DNA of 64,000 nucleotides from a virus (Duplodnaviria; Heunggongvirae; Uroviricota; Caudoviricetes): IMG/VR virus record IMGVR_UViG_2728369393_000007; one strand, 5' to 3'. Shown piece by piece: positions 8,504 to 17,293 of this stretch (position 1 is its first letter; each line of letters starts with the position of its first letter). The notes under the pieces were generated by a model. It saw only the letters and a program-made list of their open reading frames with translations, ran no database searches and was not told where the DNA came from. The position numbers and the translations under genes were made by a program.

Positions 8504-10354
8504 ATGTCGATTAAACATTACGATGTTGTCAGGGCGGCGTCGCCGTCAGACCTTGCGGAAAAGCTGACACACAAACTGAAAGAGGGCTGGCAGCCATACG
8601 GCGGACCGGTTGCCATTACGCCGTACACACTGATGCAGGCGGTGGCTATTGAAGGAGAGCCACAGGTCGGCCCTTCATCTGAGCCGGATTGGTACTACGT
8701 CATCGTACTGGCCGGGCAGTCCAATGCCATGGCTTACGGTGAAGGGCTTCCGCTGCCGGATTCATACGATGCTCCGGATCCGCGCATTAAACAGCTGGCG
8801 CGCCGCAGTACAGTGACGCCGGGCGGGGCTGCCTGCAGATATAACGATATTATTCCGGCTGACCACTGTCTGCATGATGTGCAGGATATGAGTACGCTGA
8901 ATCATCCGAGGGCTGACCTGAGCAAAGGGCAGTACGGCTGTGTCGGCCAGGGTTTACATATTGCCAAAAAACTGCTCCCGTATATCCCGAATAACGCGGG
9001 GATCCTGCTGGTACCATGCTGTCGTGGTGGTTCGGCATTTACCCAGGGCGCGGAGGGGACATTCAGCGAGTCCACGGGGGCCAGTCAGGATTCGGCACGC
9101 TGGGGGATGGGCAAGCCGTTATATCAGGATCTGATTTCCCGCACAAAAGCGGCATTGCAGAAAAATCCCAAAAACGTTCTGCTGGCCGTCTGCTGGATGC
9201 AGGGTGAGTTTGACATGAGCGCCGCCACCCACGCACAGCAACCTGCGCTGTTTACAGCCATGCTGACACAGTTTCGTGCTGACCTCTCCGTGTTTAACGC
9301 GCAGTGCCATGGTGGCAGTGCTGCAGATGTGCCGTGGGTTTGTGGTGACACGACGTATTACTGGAAAAATACATACGCTACCCAGTACGACACCGTGTAC
9401 GGCGGGTATAAAAACAGGGAGAGTGAGGGCGTTTATTTTGTGCCCTTCATGACAGACGGTAACGGCGTCAATACCGCCACTAACGCGCCGGCAGAAGATC
9501 CGGATATTCCGGCATCAGGATATTACGGTGCGGCATCGAGAACGAATGGAAACCAGGTATCATCAAACCGCCCGACACATTTCAGTTCATGGGCGCGCAG
9601 GAGCATTATTCCGGATCGTCTGGCAACCGCTATTCTGAACGCAGCCGGGCGCACCTCAGCCTTCATCAGTGGTAAGGCACCGGAAATCAAACCCTCGCCC
9701 GGCGGCAACACGCCATCGGGTCCGTCTGCAGATACGTCCGTTCGCACAATCTCCCTGCTGCCGGCAGCCGGAGAGGCTGCTGCGCAGGGCTGGAGCATTA
9801 AAGATGGCGGAATTCAGTTGTCAGATGGTGTATTTAAGATCACCAAGCAGAGCAATAAAACCTGGTCCCTGACGCATCCGGTGGATGACGCAATTACCCT
9901 GCTGACACAGGGCGGCAGACTGACCTGTAAGTTCCGCCTGTCAGGCGCACTGACCAACAATCAGTTCGGGCTGGGGATTTATCTGTATACGGATGCTCCC
10001 GTTCCTGATGGTGTGGCGATGACGGGTACCGGTAATCCGTTCCTGATGTCGTACTTCACTCAGACCACTGACGGCAGAGTGAATCTGATGCATCACAGGA
10101 AAGCCGGAAACACGAAGCTGGGGGAGTTCGGCGATTACGGTAACGACTGGCAGACGCTGGAGCTGGTGTTCACCGCCGGCAGTGCCACGGTTACTCCGAA
10201 ACTGAATGGAGTGGCTGGCCCGGCATTCCAGGTTATAAAAGACAGTCTGACACTGGGACTGAATGCGCTGACGCTGACGGATGTTACAAAAAATGCAGCG
10301 TATGGCGTTGAGATAGAAAGTCTGATGCTGGAGATAAATGCACCGGCAGCATAA
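8504..10354 (+). CDS. nanS-p: phage sialate O-acetylesterase NanS-p type (DUF1737 + SGNH esterase + C-terminal domain)
   Basis: 616 aa MSIKHYDVVRAASPSDLAEKL…; GGGAG RBS; occupies the position downstream of stx/tRNA seen in Stx-type lambdoid phages. Confidence 0.8.
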   Translation: MSIKHYDVVRAASPSDLAEKLTHKLKEGWQPYGGPVAITPYTLMQAVAIEGEPQVGPSSEPDWYYVIVLAGQSNAMAYGEGLPLPDSYDAPDPRIKQLARRSTVTPGGAACRYNDIIPADHCLHDVQDMSTLNHPRADLSKGQYGCVGQGLHIAKKLLPYIPNNAGILLVPCCRGGSAFTQGAEGTFSESTGASQDSARWGMGKPLYQDLISRTKAALQKNPKNVLLAVCWMQGEFDMSAATHAQQPALFTAMLTQFRADLSVFNAQCHGGSAADVPWVCGDTTYYWKNTYATQYDTVYGGYKNRESEGVYFVPFMTDGNGVNTATNAPAEDPDIPASGYYGAASRTNGNQVSSNRPTHFSSWARRSIIPDRLATAILNAAGRTSAFISGKAPEIKPSPGGNTPSGPSADTSVRTISLLPAAGEAAAQGWSIKDGGIQLSDGVFKITKQSNKTWSLTHPVDDAITLLTQGGRLTCKFRLSGALTNNQFGLGIYLYTDAPVPDGVAMTGTGNPFLMSYFTQTTDGRVNLMHHRKAGNTKLGEFGDYGNDWQTLELVFTAGSATVTPKLNGVAGPAFQVIKDSLTLGLNALTLTDVTKNAAYGVEIESLMLEINAPAA

Positions 10355-10361
10355 TAAAAAA

Positions 10362-10396
10362 AGCCAGCGACTGATCTGAAAAAGAAGACGCTGGCT
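10362..10396 (-). terminator. hairpin oriented as a minus-strand rho-independent terminator (repeat unit 1)
   Basis: AGCCAGCG…CGCTGGCT 8-bp stem preceded on + strand by A7 (T7 tail on - strand). Confidence 0.4.
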
Positions 10397-10511
10397 AAAA
10401 GGCCTTATATGTTTGTAGAGACTTATTTTTCACAGACAGCAATGATGCCTGTCAATATATTATCAATATGCGGATTGTTTCAGTTACAGATGCCTTATTA
10501 AGGAAAAAAAC

Positions 10512-10546
10512 AGCCAGCACTGACTTTCGGTGGAGAGGTGCTGGCT
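10512..10546 (-). terminator. hairpin oriented as a minus-strand terminator (repeat unit 2)
   Basis: AGCCAGCAC…GTGCTGGCT 9-bp stem preceded by A7; diverged copy of unit 1 with a compensatory base-pair insertion. Confidence 0.4.
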
Positions 10547-10720
10547 CAAAAGGATAGATGTACTTCACATGTTGCTTCTATATGGTAGTACATTTTCTGA
10601 CAGACAGTGACGGATGTTGTCAAGATATTGTGTCATTTATAACCTGAATCAGGGGAGGCCGGAATGTTATCTGGCATTTTTAGCAGAGCCTGAATGCCAT
10701 GATCACGGCTCCCGGCGTTG

Positions 10721-10752
10721 GCCGTCAGTGGGTGACACTGGCGGCTTTTTTG
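10721..10752 (+). terminator. rho-independent terminator upstream of holin
   Basis: GCCGTCAGTG-GGTGA-CACTGGCGGC + T6. Confidence 0.55.
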
Positions 10753-10801
10753 TTTTTCTTTACTTTCATTTTCTGTCGGCGGTGACGGAGACATACATCA
10801 G

Positions 10802-11008
10802 ATGGAAAAAATCACAACAGGTGTGTCATACACCACGTCAGCGGTGGGGACGGGATACTGGTTACTGCAGCTGCTGGACAAAGTCTCTCCGTCCCAGTGG
10901 GTGGCAATAGGTGTGCTGGGGAGTCTGCTGTTTGGCCTGCTGACGTATCTGACAAACCTTTATTTCAAGATTAAAGAAGATAAGCGCAAGGCTGCGAGAG
11001 GTGAATAA
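10802..11008 (+). CDS. phage holin
   Basis: 68 aa, TM segments, charged C-terminus [13 protein letters not shown]; stop overlaps endolysin start. Confidence 0.8.
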   Translation: MEKITTGVSYTTSAVGTGYWLLQLLDKVSPSQWVAIGVLGSLLFGLLTYLTNLYFKIKEDKRKAARGE

Positions 11009-11505
11009 TGCCTCCATCATTACGAAAAGCCGTTGCTGCTGCTATTGGTGGTGGGGCTGTTGCCATAGCGTCTGTGCTCATCACTGGTCCGAGTGGTGAC
11101 GATGGCCTGGAAGGTGTCAGCTACATACCATACGAAGATATCGTTGGCGTATGGACTGTATGTCACGGACACACCGGAAAAGACATCATGCCCGGTAAAA
11201 CGTATACCGAAGCAGAATGCAAAGCCCTCCTGAATAAAGACCTTGCCACGGTCGCCAGACAAATTAACCCGTACATCAACGTCGATATACCGGAAACAAC
11301 GCGCGGCGCTCTTTACTCGTTCGTTTACAACGTGGGCGCTGGCAATTTCAGAACATCGACGCTTCTTCGCAAAATAAACCAGGGCGATATCAAAGGCGCA
11401 TGTGATCAGCTACGGCGCTGGACATACGCTGGCGGTAAGCAATGGAAAGGGCTGATGACTCGCCGCGAGATTGAGCGTGAAGTCTGTTTGTGGGGGCAAC
11501 AATGA
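11008..11505 (+). CDS. SAR endolysin (lysozyme, phage 21 R-type)
   Basis: N-terminal signal-anchor [18 protein letters not shown] then lysozyme core [23 protein letters not shown]. Confidence 0.85.
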   Translation: MPPSLRKAVAAAIGGGAVAIASVLITGPSGDDGLEGVSYIPYEDIVGVWTVCHGHTGKDIMPGKTYTEAECKALLNKDLATVARQINPYINVDIPETTRGALYSFVYNVGAGNFRTSTLLRKINQGDIKGACDQLRRWTYAGGKQWKGLMTRREIEREVCLWGQQ

Positions 11506-11969
11506 GCAGGGTAACCGTTATTATCTCCGCTCTGGTTATCTGCATTATCGCCTGCCTGTCATGGGCTGTTAATCATTACCGCGATAACGCCATTACCTAC
11601 AAAGCGCAACGCGATAAAAAAGCCAGTGAGCTGAAGCTGGCGAACGTGACAATTACTGATATGCAGGTACGCCAGCGTGATGTCGCTGCACTTGATGCCA
11701 GATACTCGAGGGAATTAGCTGATGCGAGAGCTGAAAATGAAACTCTGCGTGCTGATGTTGCCGCTGGTCGTAAGCGCCTGCGCATCAACGCCAACTGTCC
11801 AGGCTCCTTGCGTAAAGCCCCCATCACCTCCGGCGTGGGTAATGCAACCGGTCCCCGACTGGCAGAAGCCGCTGAACGGGATTATTTCATCCTCAGAGAA
11901 CGGCTGATGGCAATGCAGAAGCAACTGGAAGGAGCACAGGAATATATCCGTACCCAGTGTATACCGTGA
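11502..11969 (+). CDS. i-spanin Rz
   Basis: ATGA overlap with endolysin stop; N-terminal TM then coiled coil. Confidence 0.75.
   Translation: MSRVTVIISALVICIIACLSWAVNHYRDNAITYKAQRDKKASELKLANVTITDMQVRQRDVAALDARYSRELADARAENETLRADVAAGRKRLRINANCPGSLRKAPITSGVGNATGPRLAEAAERDYFILRERLMAMQKQLEGAQEYIRTQCIP
11737..11907 (+). CDS. o-spanin Rz1 (lipoprotein embedded in Rz, +1 frame)
   Basis: [15 protein letters not shown] lipobox, Pro-rich mature part, fully nested in Rz. Confidence 0.65.
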   Translation: MKLCVLMLPLVVSACASTPTVQAPCVKPPSPPAWVMQPVPDWQKPLNGIISSSENG

Positions 11970-12433
11970 TGTTTTGTTATGAAGGTGTTACTGGTAACGT
12001 TAAGGTAATTTAACAAAGAGTCAGTTCCGGACTTTATAGTGTGCTCAGTTCATGGCCAAAAACGATTTCTGTGATAAATATTTTGAATATTATTTACAGG
12101 TAAATGGAGTGGGGCGCATGGATAGAAATATTACAATAGAGTATGAAGTATATGCCCGTATTGTATGGGCAGAGAAGGCAAAAACACGGTAATTCCGTGT
12201 GTTGCCATGATACCTGATTGGCAGAATAGTTGTTTGGTTTTGAGTATATAGTCAGCGTTTTTTGTTCAGTAATTGCCCCCTCAAAAAATAATAAAATAAG
12301 GTGATTATTTTTGTTTATTATTTAGTTTTTTTGTGTGTTATTTTATTGTTTTTGCGTGGTTTGTTTTTTATTGTTATTTCATTAAGGGAAGGTAAATTCA
12401 GGATGGCAGTCTGTAGATAATCGGAGGTCACTT

Positions 12434-12748
12434 ATGCTACATGATCACGTGGCAGAATGTCTGGAGAAAAAAGGACTGTACCGGAGAGCAGCTGAACGAT
12501 GGGCAAAAGTGATGGTACAGCTAAGTGATGACCAGAAAAGAAAAGTGGCGGCACAGAAACGAGCAGAGTGTTTGCGTAAGGCGCGCCGGACTCCGGTTTC
12601 ACCGGTGAACCTGACCGAAATAAAACAAGCGGTCAACAGACTACATTCTGAGTTGGGAATGGGATTTGAAGAGCGGCGGGTATTCCGACGATATAAAGGG
12701 ACAGGAGAACAGAATACGTCCGGAAACGCGCGGTCAAAAAAATGCTAA
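12434..12748 (+). CDS. pch: PerC-family transcriptional regulator (Pch-like)
   Basis: 104 aa MLHDHVAECLEKKGLYRRAAERWAKVM…; preceded by a 250-bp AT-rich T-tract region; moron position after lysis genes. Confidence 0.65.
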   Translation: MLHDHVAECLEKKGLYRRAAERWAKVMVQLSDDQKRKVAAQKRAECLRKARRTPVSPVNLTEIKQAVNRLHSELGMGFEERRVFRRYKGTGEQNTSGNARSKKC

Positions 12749-12788
12749 AAAATATCTGAGAGAGTTATTGCCTGTTACCATAAGAAAA

Positions 12789-12811
12789 AGCGACTTTAGT
12801 GGTCGCTTTTT
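12789..12811. terminator. bidirectional-looking rho-independent terminator
   Basis: A5-AGCGAC-loop-GTCGCT-T5. Confidence 0.45.
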
Positions 12812-12829
12812 GTGTCATATATAAGTCGT

Positions 12830-13054
12830 TTAAGTAAACCTGTCTGAACAGGTGCTCTGGTCGTGTTTGTCTTTGTTGGGTACAAATTGAGAATATTTTT
12901 CATTAATTAATCTTCTTCTGCAGGCTTCAATAACCCACGCTGAAAAATTACCTGAACCTTTCTGGTCAAGAGCGATGTTAATTTGTTCAATCATCTGGTT
13001 TGGAAATCGGATGTTGCGGGTTGTTGTTCTGCGGGTCCGGTTTTTCGGTGACAT
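12830..13054 (-). CDS. small DNA-binding-like protein (YlcI/DUF3950-like)
   Basis: 74 aa MSPKNRTRRTTTRNIRFPNQMIEQINIALDQKGSGNFSAWVIEACRRRL. Confidence 0.45.
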   Translation of the reverse strand: MSPKNRTRRTTTRNIRFPNQMIEQINIALDQKGSGNFSAWVIEACRRRLINEKYSQFVPNKDKHDQSTCSDRFT

Positions 13055-13095
13055 TTTCTTTCCTCTGGTGACAAGCTATATGGCGAGGATTTTAC

Positions 13096-13626
13096 ATGGC
13101 CGTGCTTCGTACGTTACCGGGCAGAATCAAAACTCTGAATACCCGGCGGGTGAATGTCCTGAAGGGTGAACAGCGTCGGGTCAGTGGCAGTGCCCGGGTT
13201 TCCCTCAAGCGTCGTATCTGGCTGAGGGATGCCGGACAGTGCTGTCTCTGTGGGCGTGTGGTTGACCTTTGTGACAGTGAACTCGATCACCGCATTGCAC
13301 TTCAGTTCGGTGGTGGTAATGAGGAGACGAATCTCTGGACGCTCTGTACCGAATGCCATCGCCAGAAGTCAGTCAGTGAAACGGCGAGTGGTATGCCGGA
13401 CCCGACGCTGCCGGAGGTCATGGCAGGGCAGACGATATCATCGGACTGTGACCCGCCCCGGGGGGGGGATCATCCGGCGAAAAAAACGATCGCCCCGGAC
13501 ACCGCCCCCCGTCTCATGCAGAGAAAAAATTCCTGTTTCAGGCCAGTTAACATGTTAACTGGCTGCCCGGGCATTTTTGCGGTTTTTATCTTTATTATTC
13601 AGTTTGTTGTGCGAAAAAAATGTTAA
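13096..13626 (+). CDS. HNH endonuclease (terminase-associated)
   Basis: HNH motif DSELDHRIALQFGG…NLWTLCTECHRQK; 80-aa C-terminal extension passes through a G9 run (13460-13468), so the 3' end is uncertain. Confidence 0.7.
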   Translation: MAVLRTLPGRIKTLNTRRVNVLKGEQRRVSGSARVSLKRRIWLRDAGQCCLCGRVVDLCDSELDHRIALQFGGGNEETNLWTLCTECHRQKSVSETASGMPDPTLPEVMAGQTISSDCDPPRGGDHPAKKTIAPDTAPRLMQRKNSCFRPVNMLTGCPGIFAVFIFIIQFVVRKKC

Positions 13627-13669
13627 CTGGCTTTTTCAGCAAATGTTAACCAGGCAGCAGTTAACATTT
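13543..13669. promoter_or_regulatory. cluster of TGTTAAC-containing palindromes upstream of terS (candidate terminase recognition / cos-associated sites)
   Basis: Perfect 20-bp palindrome CCAGTTAACATGTTAACTGG (13543-13562) and AAATGTTAAC…GTTAACATTT (13641-13669), 5 half-sites in ~130 bp. Confidence 0.3.
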
Positions 13670-13741
13670 GCGGCATGAGACGCCGGGAAAAATGGGCTGA
13701 ACCATACCCGGCTGAGTGCGTTATGGACCCGGGAGGAGGCT

Positions 13742-14305
13742 GTGCTGACAACGCAAAAACGAAAATTTGCGCTGGCGCTCATGTCCGGGAAAAACAAAAC
13801 AGCGTCAGCCATTGCCGCCGGTTATTCGGCGAAGACCGCCAGGATTAAAGGCTCGCAGCTGGCAAAAGATCCGGAGGTGCTCGCGTTTATAGCCCGTAAA
13901 CAGTGCGAAACGGTGGAGGTGGATGAGGTTCCTGTTTACCGGCAGAAAAAATCAGAGCAGGAGGATAAACCCCGTCGCCGTGAGGTGGCTGCAATACCAC
14001 AGCCGGACGAAAAAAATCCGGAGATGCCTCCGCCCGCGGTGATATCTCATGGTATTGAATATATGGAGGATGGTCTTCCCGATCCGGTGAAAGCTATGGG
14101 GCAGATCCTGGTGGAAAACCTGATAATTGACCCGAAACTGGCACTGGATGCGGCCTGGCGACTGGCGCAGTTCACACACCATAAAAAAGGCGATGCCGGT
14201 AAAAAATCGGCAAAAGGTGATGCCGCGAAAAAAGCGGCTAACCGTTTTGCGGTGCCGCCACCTCCCCGACTGGTGGTGAATAACCAGAATGAGGAAAGCG
14301 GATGA
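13742..14305 (+). CDS. terminase small subunit
   Basis: GTG start with GGAGG RBS; position between HNH and terL; basic/acidic profile typical of terS. Confidence 0.65.
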   Translation: MLTTQKRKFALALMSGKNKTASAIAAGYSAKTARIKGSQLAKDPEVLAFIARKQCETVEVDEVPVYRQKKSEQEDKPRRREVAAIPQPDEKNPEMPPPAVISHGIEYMEDGLPDPVKAMGQILVENLIIDPKLALDAAWRLAQFTHHKKGDAGKKSAKGDAAKKAANRFAVPPPPRLVVNNQNEESG

Positions 14306-14926
14306 TACCTGTATGGAGCACGGCATGTCCGGACTGGGCAGAGCGCCTGAAAAAGGGGCTGTCGATTATTCCGGCTCCGATTTATCCGGACCAGGCTGCA
14401 CATGCACTGGCGATTTTTAAACAACTGCGGATTGTGGATGCACCGGGTAGCCCGACATTCGGGGAGTCCTGTGCACCGTGGGTGTTTGACCTGGTGGCGG
14501 CCCTGTTTGGCTCCTACGATGCGCAGACCGGTGTTCGCCATATCAAGGAAGTGTTTATCCTTATCCCCAAGAAAAACTCGAAGTCCACGCTGGCCGCGGG
14601 GATCATGATGACTGCACTGTTACTGAACTGGCGGCAGGCGGCGGGTTACACGATTCTGGCCCCGACAGTGGAGGTGGCAGCCAACGCCTTCAACCCTGCC
14701 AGGGATATGGTACGACGGGACGATGATCTGGATGACCTCTGTCAGGTGCAGACACATATCCGGACCATCACCCACAGGGTGACGGACACCACCCTGAAGG
14801 TGGTGGCAGCCGATCCGAATACGGTGTCCGGTATCAAGTCCGTGGGGACGCTGATTGATGAATGAGGTAGCCTGAGTTTAACGGACACTCCTTCCTGAAA
14901 TAGAATGGCATCAGAAGGAGCTAATA

Positions 14927-15229
14927 ATGAGCAGAAAAACCCAACGTTACTCTAAAGAGTTCAAAGCCGAAGCTGTCAGAACGGTTCTTGAAAATCAACT
15001 TTCGATCAGTGAAGGCGCTTCCCGATTATCTCTTCCTGAAGGCACTTTAGGACAATGGGTTACCGCCGCCAGAAAAGGGCTCGGTACTCCTGGTTCCCGC
15101 ACGGTGGCTGAACTGGAATCTGAAATTCTGCAACTGCGTAAGGCGTTAAATGAAGCTCGCCTTGAGCGAGATATATTAAAAAAAGCAACAGCGTATTTTG
15201 CACAGGAGTCGCTGAAAAATACGCGTTAA
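14927..15229 (+). CDS. IS3-family transposase OrfA
   Basis: 100 aa, HTH; A7G slippery run at 15178-15184 near 3' end. Confidence 0.85.
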   Translation: MSRKTQRYSKEFKAEAVRTVLENQLSISEGASRLSLPEGTLGQWVTAARKGLGTPGSRTVAELESEILQLRKALNEARLERDILKKATAYFAQESLKNTR

Positions 15230-15264
15230 TCGAACAATGGCGACAACAATTTCCCATTGAAGCG

Positions 15265-16083
15265 ATGTGTCAGGTATTTGGTGTATCCAGGAGCGGTTAT
15301 TACAACTGGGTACAGCATGAACCCTCAGACAGAAAACAAAGTGATGAGCGGCTAAAACTGGAGATTAAGGTGGCACATATCCGCACTCGCGAAACATATG
15401 GAACCCGGCGGCTCCAGACGGAGCTGGCAGAGAATGGCATCATCGTTGGTCGTGACCGACTGGCACGTCTTCGTAAGGAGCTAAGGCTACGCTGTAAGCA
15501 GAAACGCAAGTTCAGAGCGACTACGAACTCGAACCACAATCTGCCAGTTGCGCCAAATCTGCTGAACCAGACGTTCGCTCCTACAGCACCAAATCAGGTC
15601 TGGGTGGCGGACCTGACGTATGTTGCCACACAGGAGGGATGGTTGTACCTCGCTGGCATCAAAGATGTTTATACGTGCGAAATTGTCGGCTACGCCATGG
15701 GAGAGCGCATGACAAAAGAGCTGACAGGTAAAGCCCTGTTTATGGCGCTCAGGAGCCAGCGCCCACCTGCCGGGCTAATCCACCACTCTGATCGAGGTTC
15801 ACAGTACTGCGCATACGATTACCGGGTCATACAGGAGCAGTTTGGTCTGAAAACATCAATGTCGCGTAAAGGTAACTGTTACGACAACGCTCCGATGGAA
15901 AGCTTCTGGGGAACGCTGAAAAATGAGAGCCTGAGCCACTATCGTTTTAATAACCGGGATGAAGCCATCTCAGTAATACGGGAATACATTGAGATTTTCT
16001 ACAATCGTCAGCGTCGTCACTCTCGTCTGGGGAATATCTCCCCGGCAGCCTTCAGGGAAAAATATCATCAGATGGCTGCTTAA
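15265..16083 (+). CDS. IS3-family transposase OrfB (DDE integrase domain; -1 frame relative to OrfA)
   Basis: DDE region …VWVADLTYV…HHSDRGSQY…CYDNAPMESFWGTLK. Confidence 0.85.
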   Translation: MCQVFGVSRSGYYNWVQHEPSDRKQSDERLKLEIKVAHIRTRETYGTRRLQTELAENGIIVGRDRLARLRKELRLRCKQKRKFRATTNSNHNLPVAPNLLNQTFAPTAPNQVWVADLTYVATQEGWLYLAGIKDVYTCEIVGYAMGERMTKELTGKALFMALRSQRPPAGLIHHSDRGSQYCAYDYRVIQEQFGLKTSMSRKGNCYDNAPMESFWGTLKNESLSHYRFNNRDEAISVIREYIEIFYNRQRRHSRLGNISPAAFREKYHQMAA

Positions 16084-17293
16084 AAAAAGAACAAATGGTA
16101 GTGTCCGCTATTGCCAGTACACCTCAGAACTGTGGCTGTTTGGCAAGCAGTACAAGGCGGAGGACATGTTACGTGAAGCCATTGGCGGGCTGGCTTCACG
16201 TCCGGAAGGGTTTGTGGTGTACACAACCACCCAGTCAAATGAGCCGCCTGCCGGGGTGTTCAGGCAGAAACTGCAGTACGCCCGGGATGTGCGCGACGGT
16301 AAAATTCATGATCCACATTTTCTGCCGGTGATTTTTGAGCATCCTCCTGAAATGGTGGAGAGCGGTGAGCACCTGCTGATGGAAAACCTCGCCATGGTTA
16401 ACCCGAATCTCGGTTATTCGGTGGATGAGGCCTTTCTGTACCGGGAGTATCGTAAAGCCCGGGAAGCCGGGGAAGAGACTTTCCGCGGTTTCATGTCAAA
16501 ACACGCCAATGTGGAAATTGGTCTTGCCCTGCGTTCTGACCGCTGGGCAGGGGCGGATTTCTGGGAGCAGCAGGGCAGGCGCGTCAGCCTGGACGATATC
16601 CTGCAGCGCGCTGATGTGGTGACGGTGGGGATTGACGGCGGGGGCCTGGATGATCTGCTGGGAATGTACGTGACTGGCCGTGACAGGGAAACCCGCGAAT
16701 GGCTGGGCTGGGGCCATGCCTGGGTGCATGAAACCGCGGTGGTCAGACGGAAGAGTGAGGCATCCCGGTTTCAGGATTTTGTGGCCTGTGGAGACATGAC
16801 GATTGTCCGTCGGGTCGGGGATGACACGGCGGAAGTGGCGGAGTATGTGCGTCGTATTCATGAGGCTGAGTTACTGGATCATATCGGTATTGACCCGTCA
16901 GGTGTGGGGCAGATTCTGGATTCACTGGCGGAAGCCGGGATCCCCGATGAGAGTGTGGTGGGGATAAGCCAGGGCTGGAAGCTGGGCGGGGCCATCAAAA
17001 CCACCGAGCGCAAACTGGCTGAGGGAGTGCTGGTGCATGGTGGTCAGCCACTGATGGCCTGGTGCGTTGGCAATGCCCGGGTGGAGCCTAAAGGTAACGC
17101 CATTCTTATCACCAAACAGGCCAGCGGACGGGGAAAAATTGACCCTCTGATGGCGCTCTTCAATGCGATGTTCCTGATGTCCCTGAATCCGGAACCGAAA
17201 AAGAAAGCGTATGAGGTTTTTTTCATATAACCCTGCTCACCCTGTAACCATCATGAACCGCTGCGGCGGTTTTTTTATTTTCAGGAGGCTGAT

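Larger units (their letters stand above)
14863..16126 (+). mobile_element. IS3-family insertion sequence, IS600-like, complete copy
   Basis: 1264 bp, imperfect terminal IRs TGAGGTAGCC…/…GTGTCCG…ACCTCA, flanked by 3-bp direct repeat GAA (14860-14862 and 16127-16129). Confidence 0.85.
14302..17230 (+). pseudogene. terminase large subunit, interrupted by IS insertion
   Basis: N-terminal part (14302-14862, …SVGTLIDE) and C-terminal part (16127-17230, LWLFGKQYKAED…) are in frame once the 1264-bp IS and one copy of the GAA duplication are removed. Confidence 0.85.

Noticed and set aside
10600-10660. Possible late promoter P_R' (TTGTCA…TATAAC) upstream of the holin terminator
   Set aside because: Spacing is suboptimal and Q lies 3.6 kb upstream with its own terminator, so P_R' is more likely near 6985-7050; not supportable from sequence alone
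15170-15190. Homopolymer A7G in the IS orfA as a sequence lesion
   Set aside because: This is the expected programmed -1 frameshift site producing the OrfAB transposase in IS3-family elements, not damage
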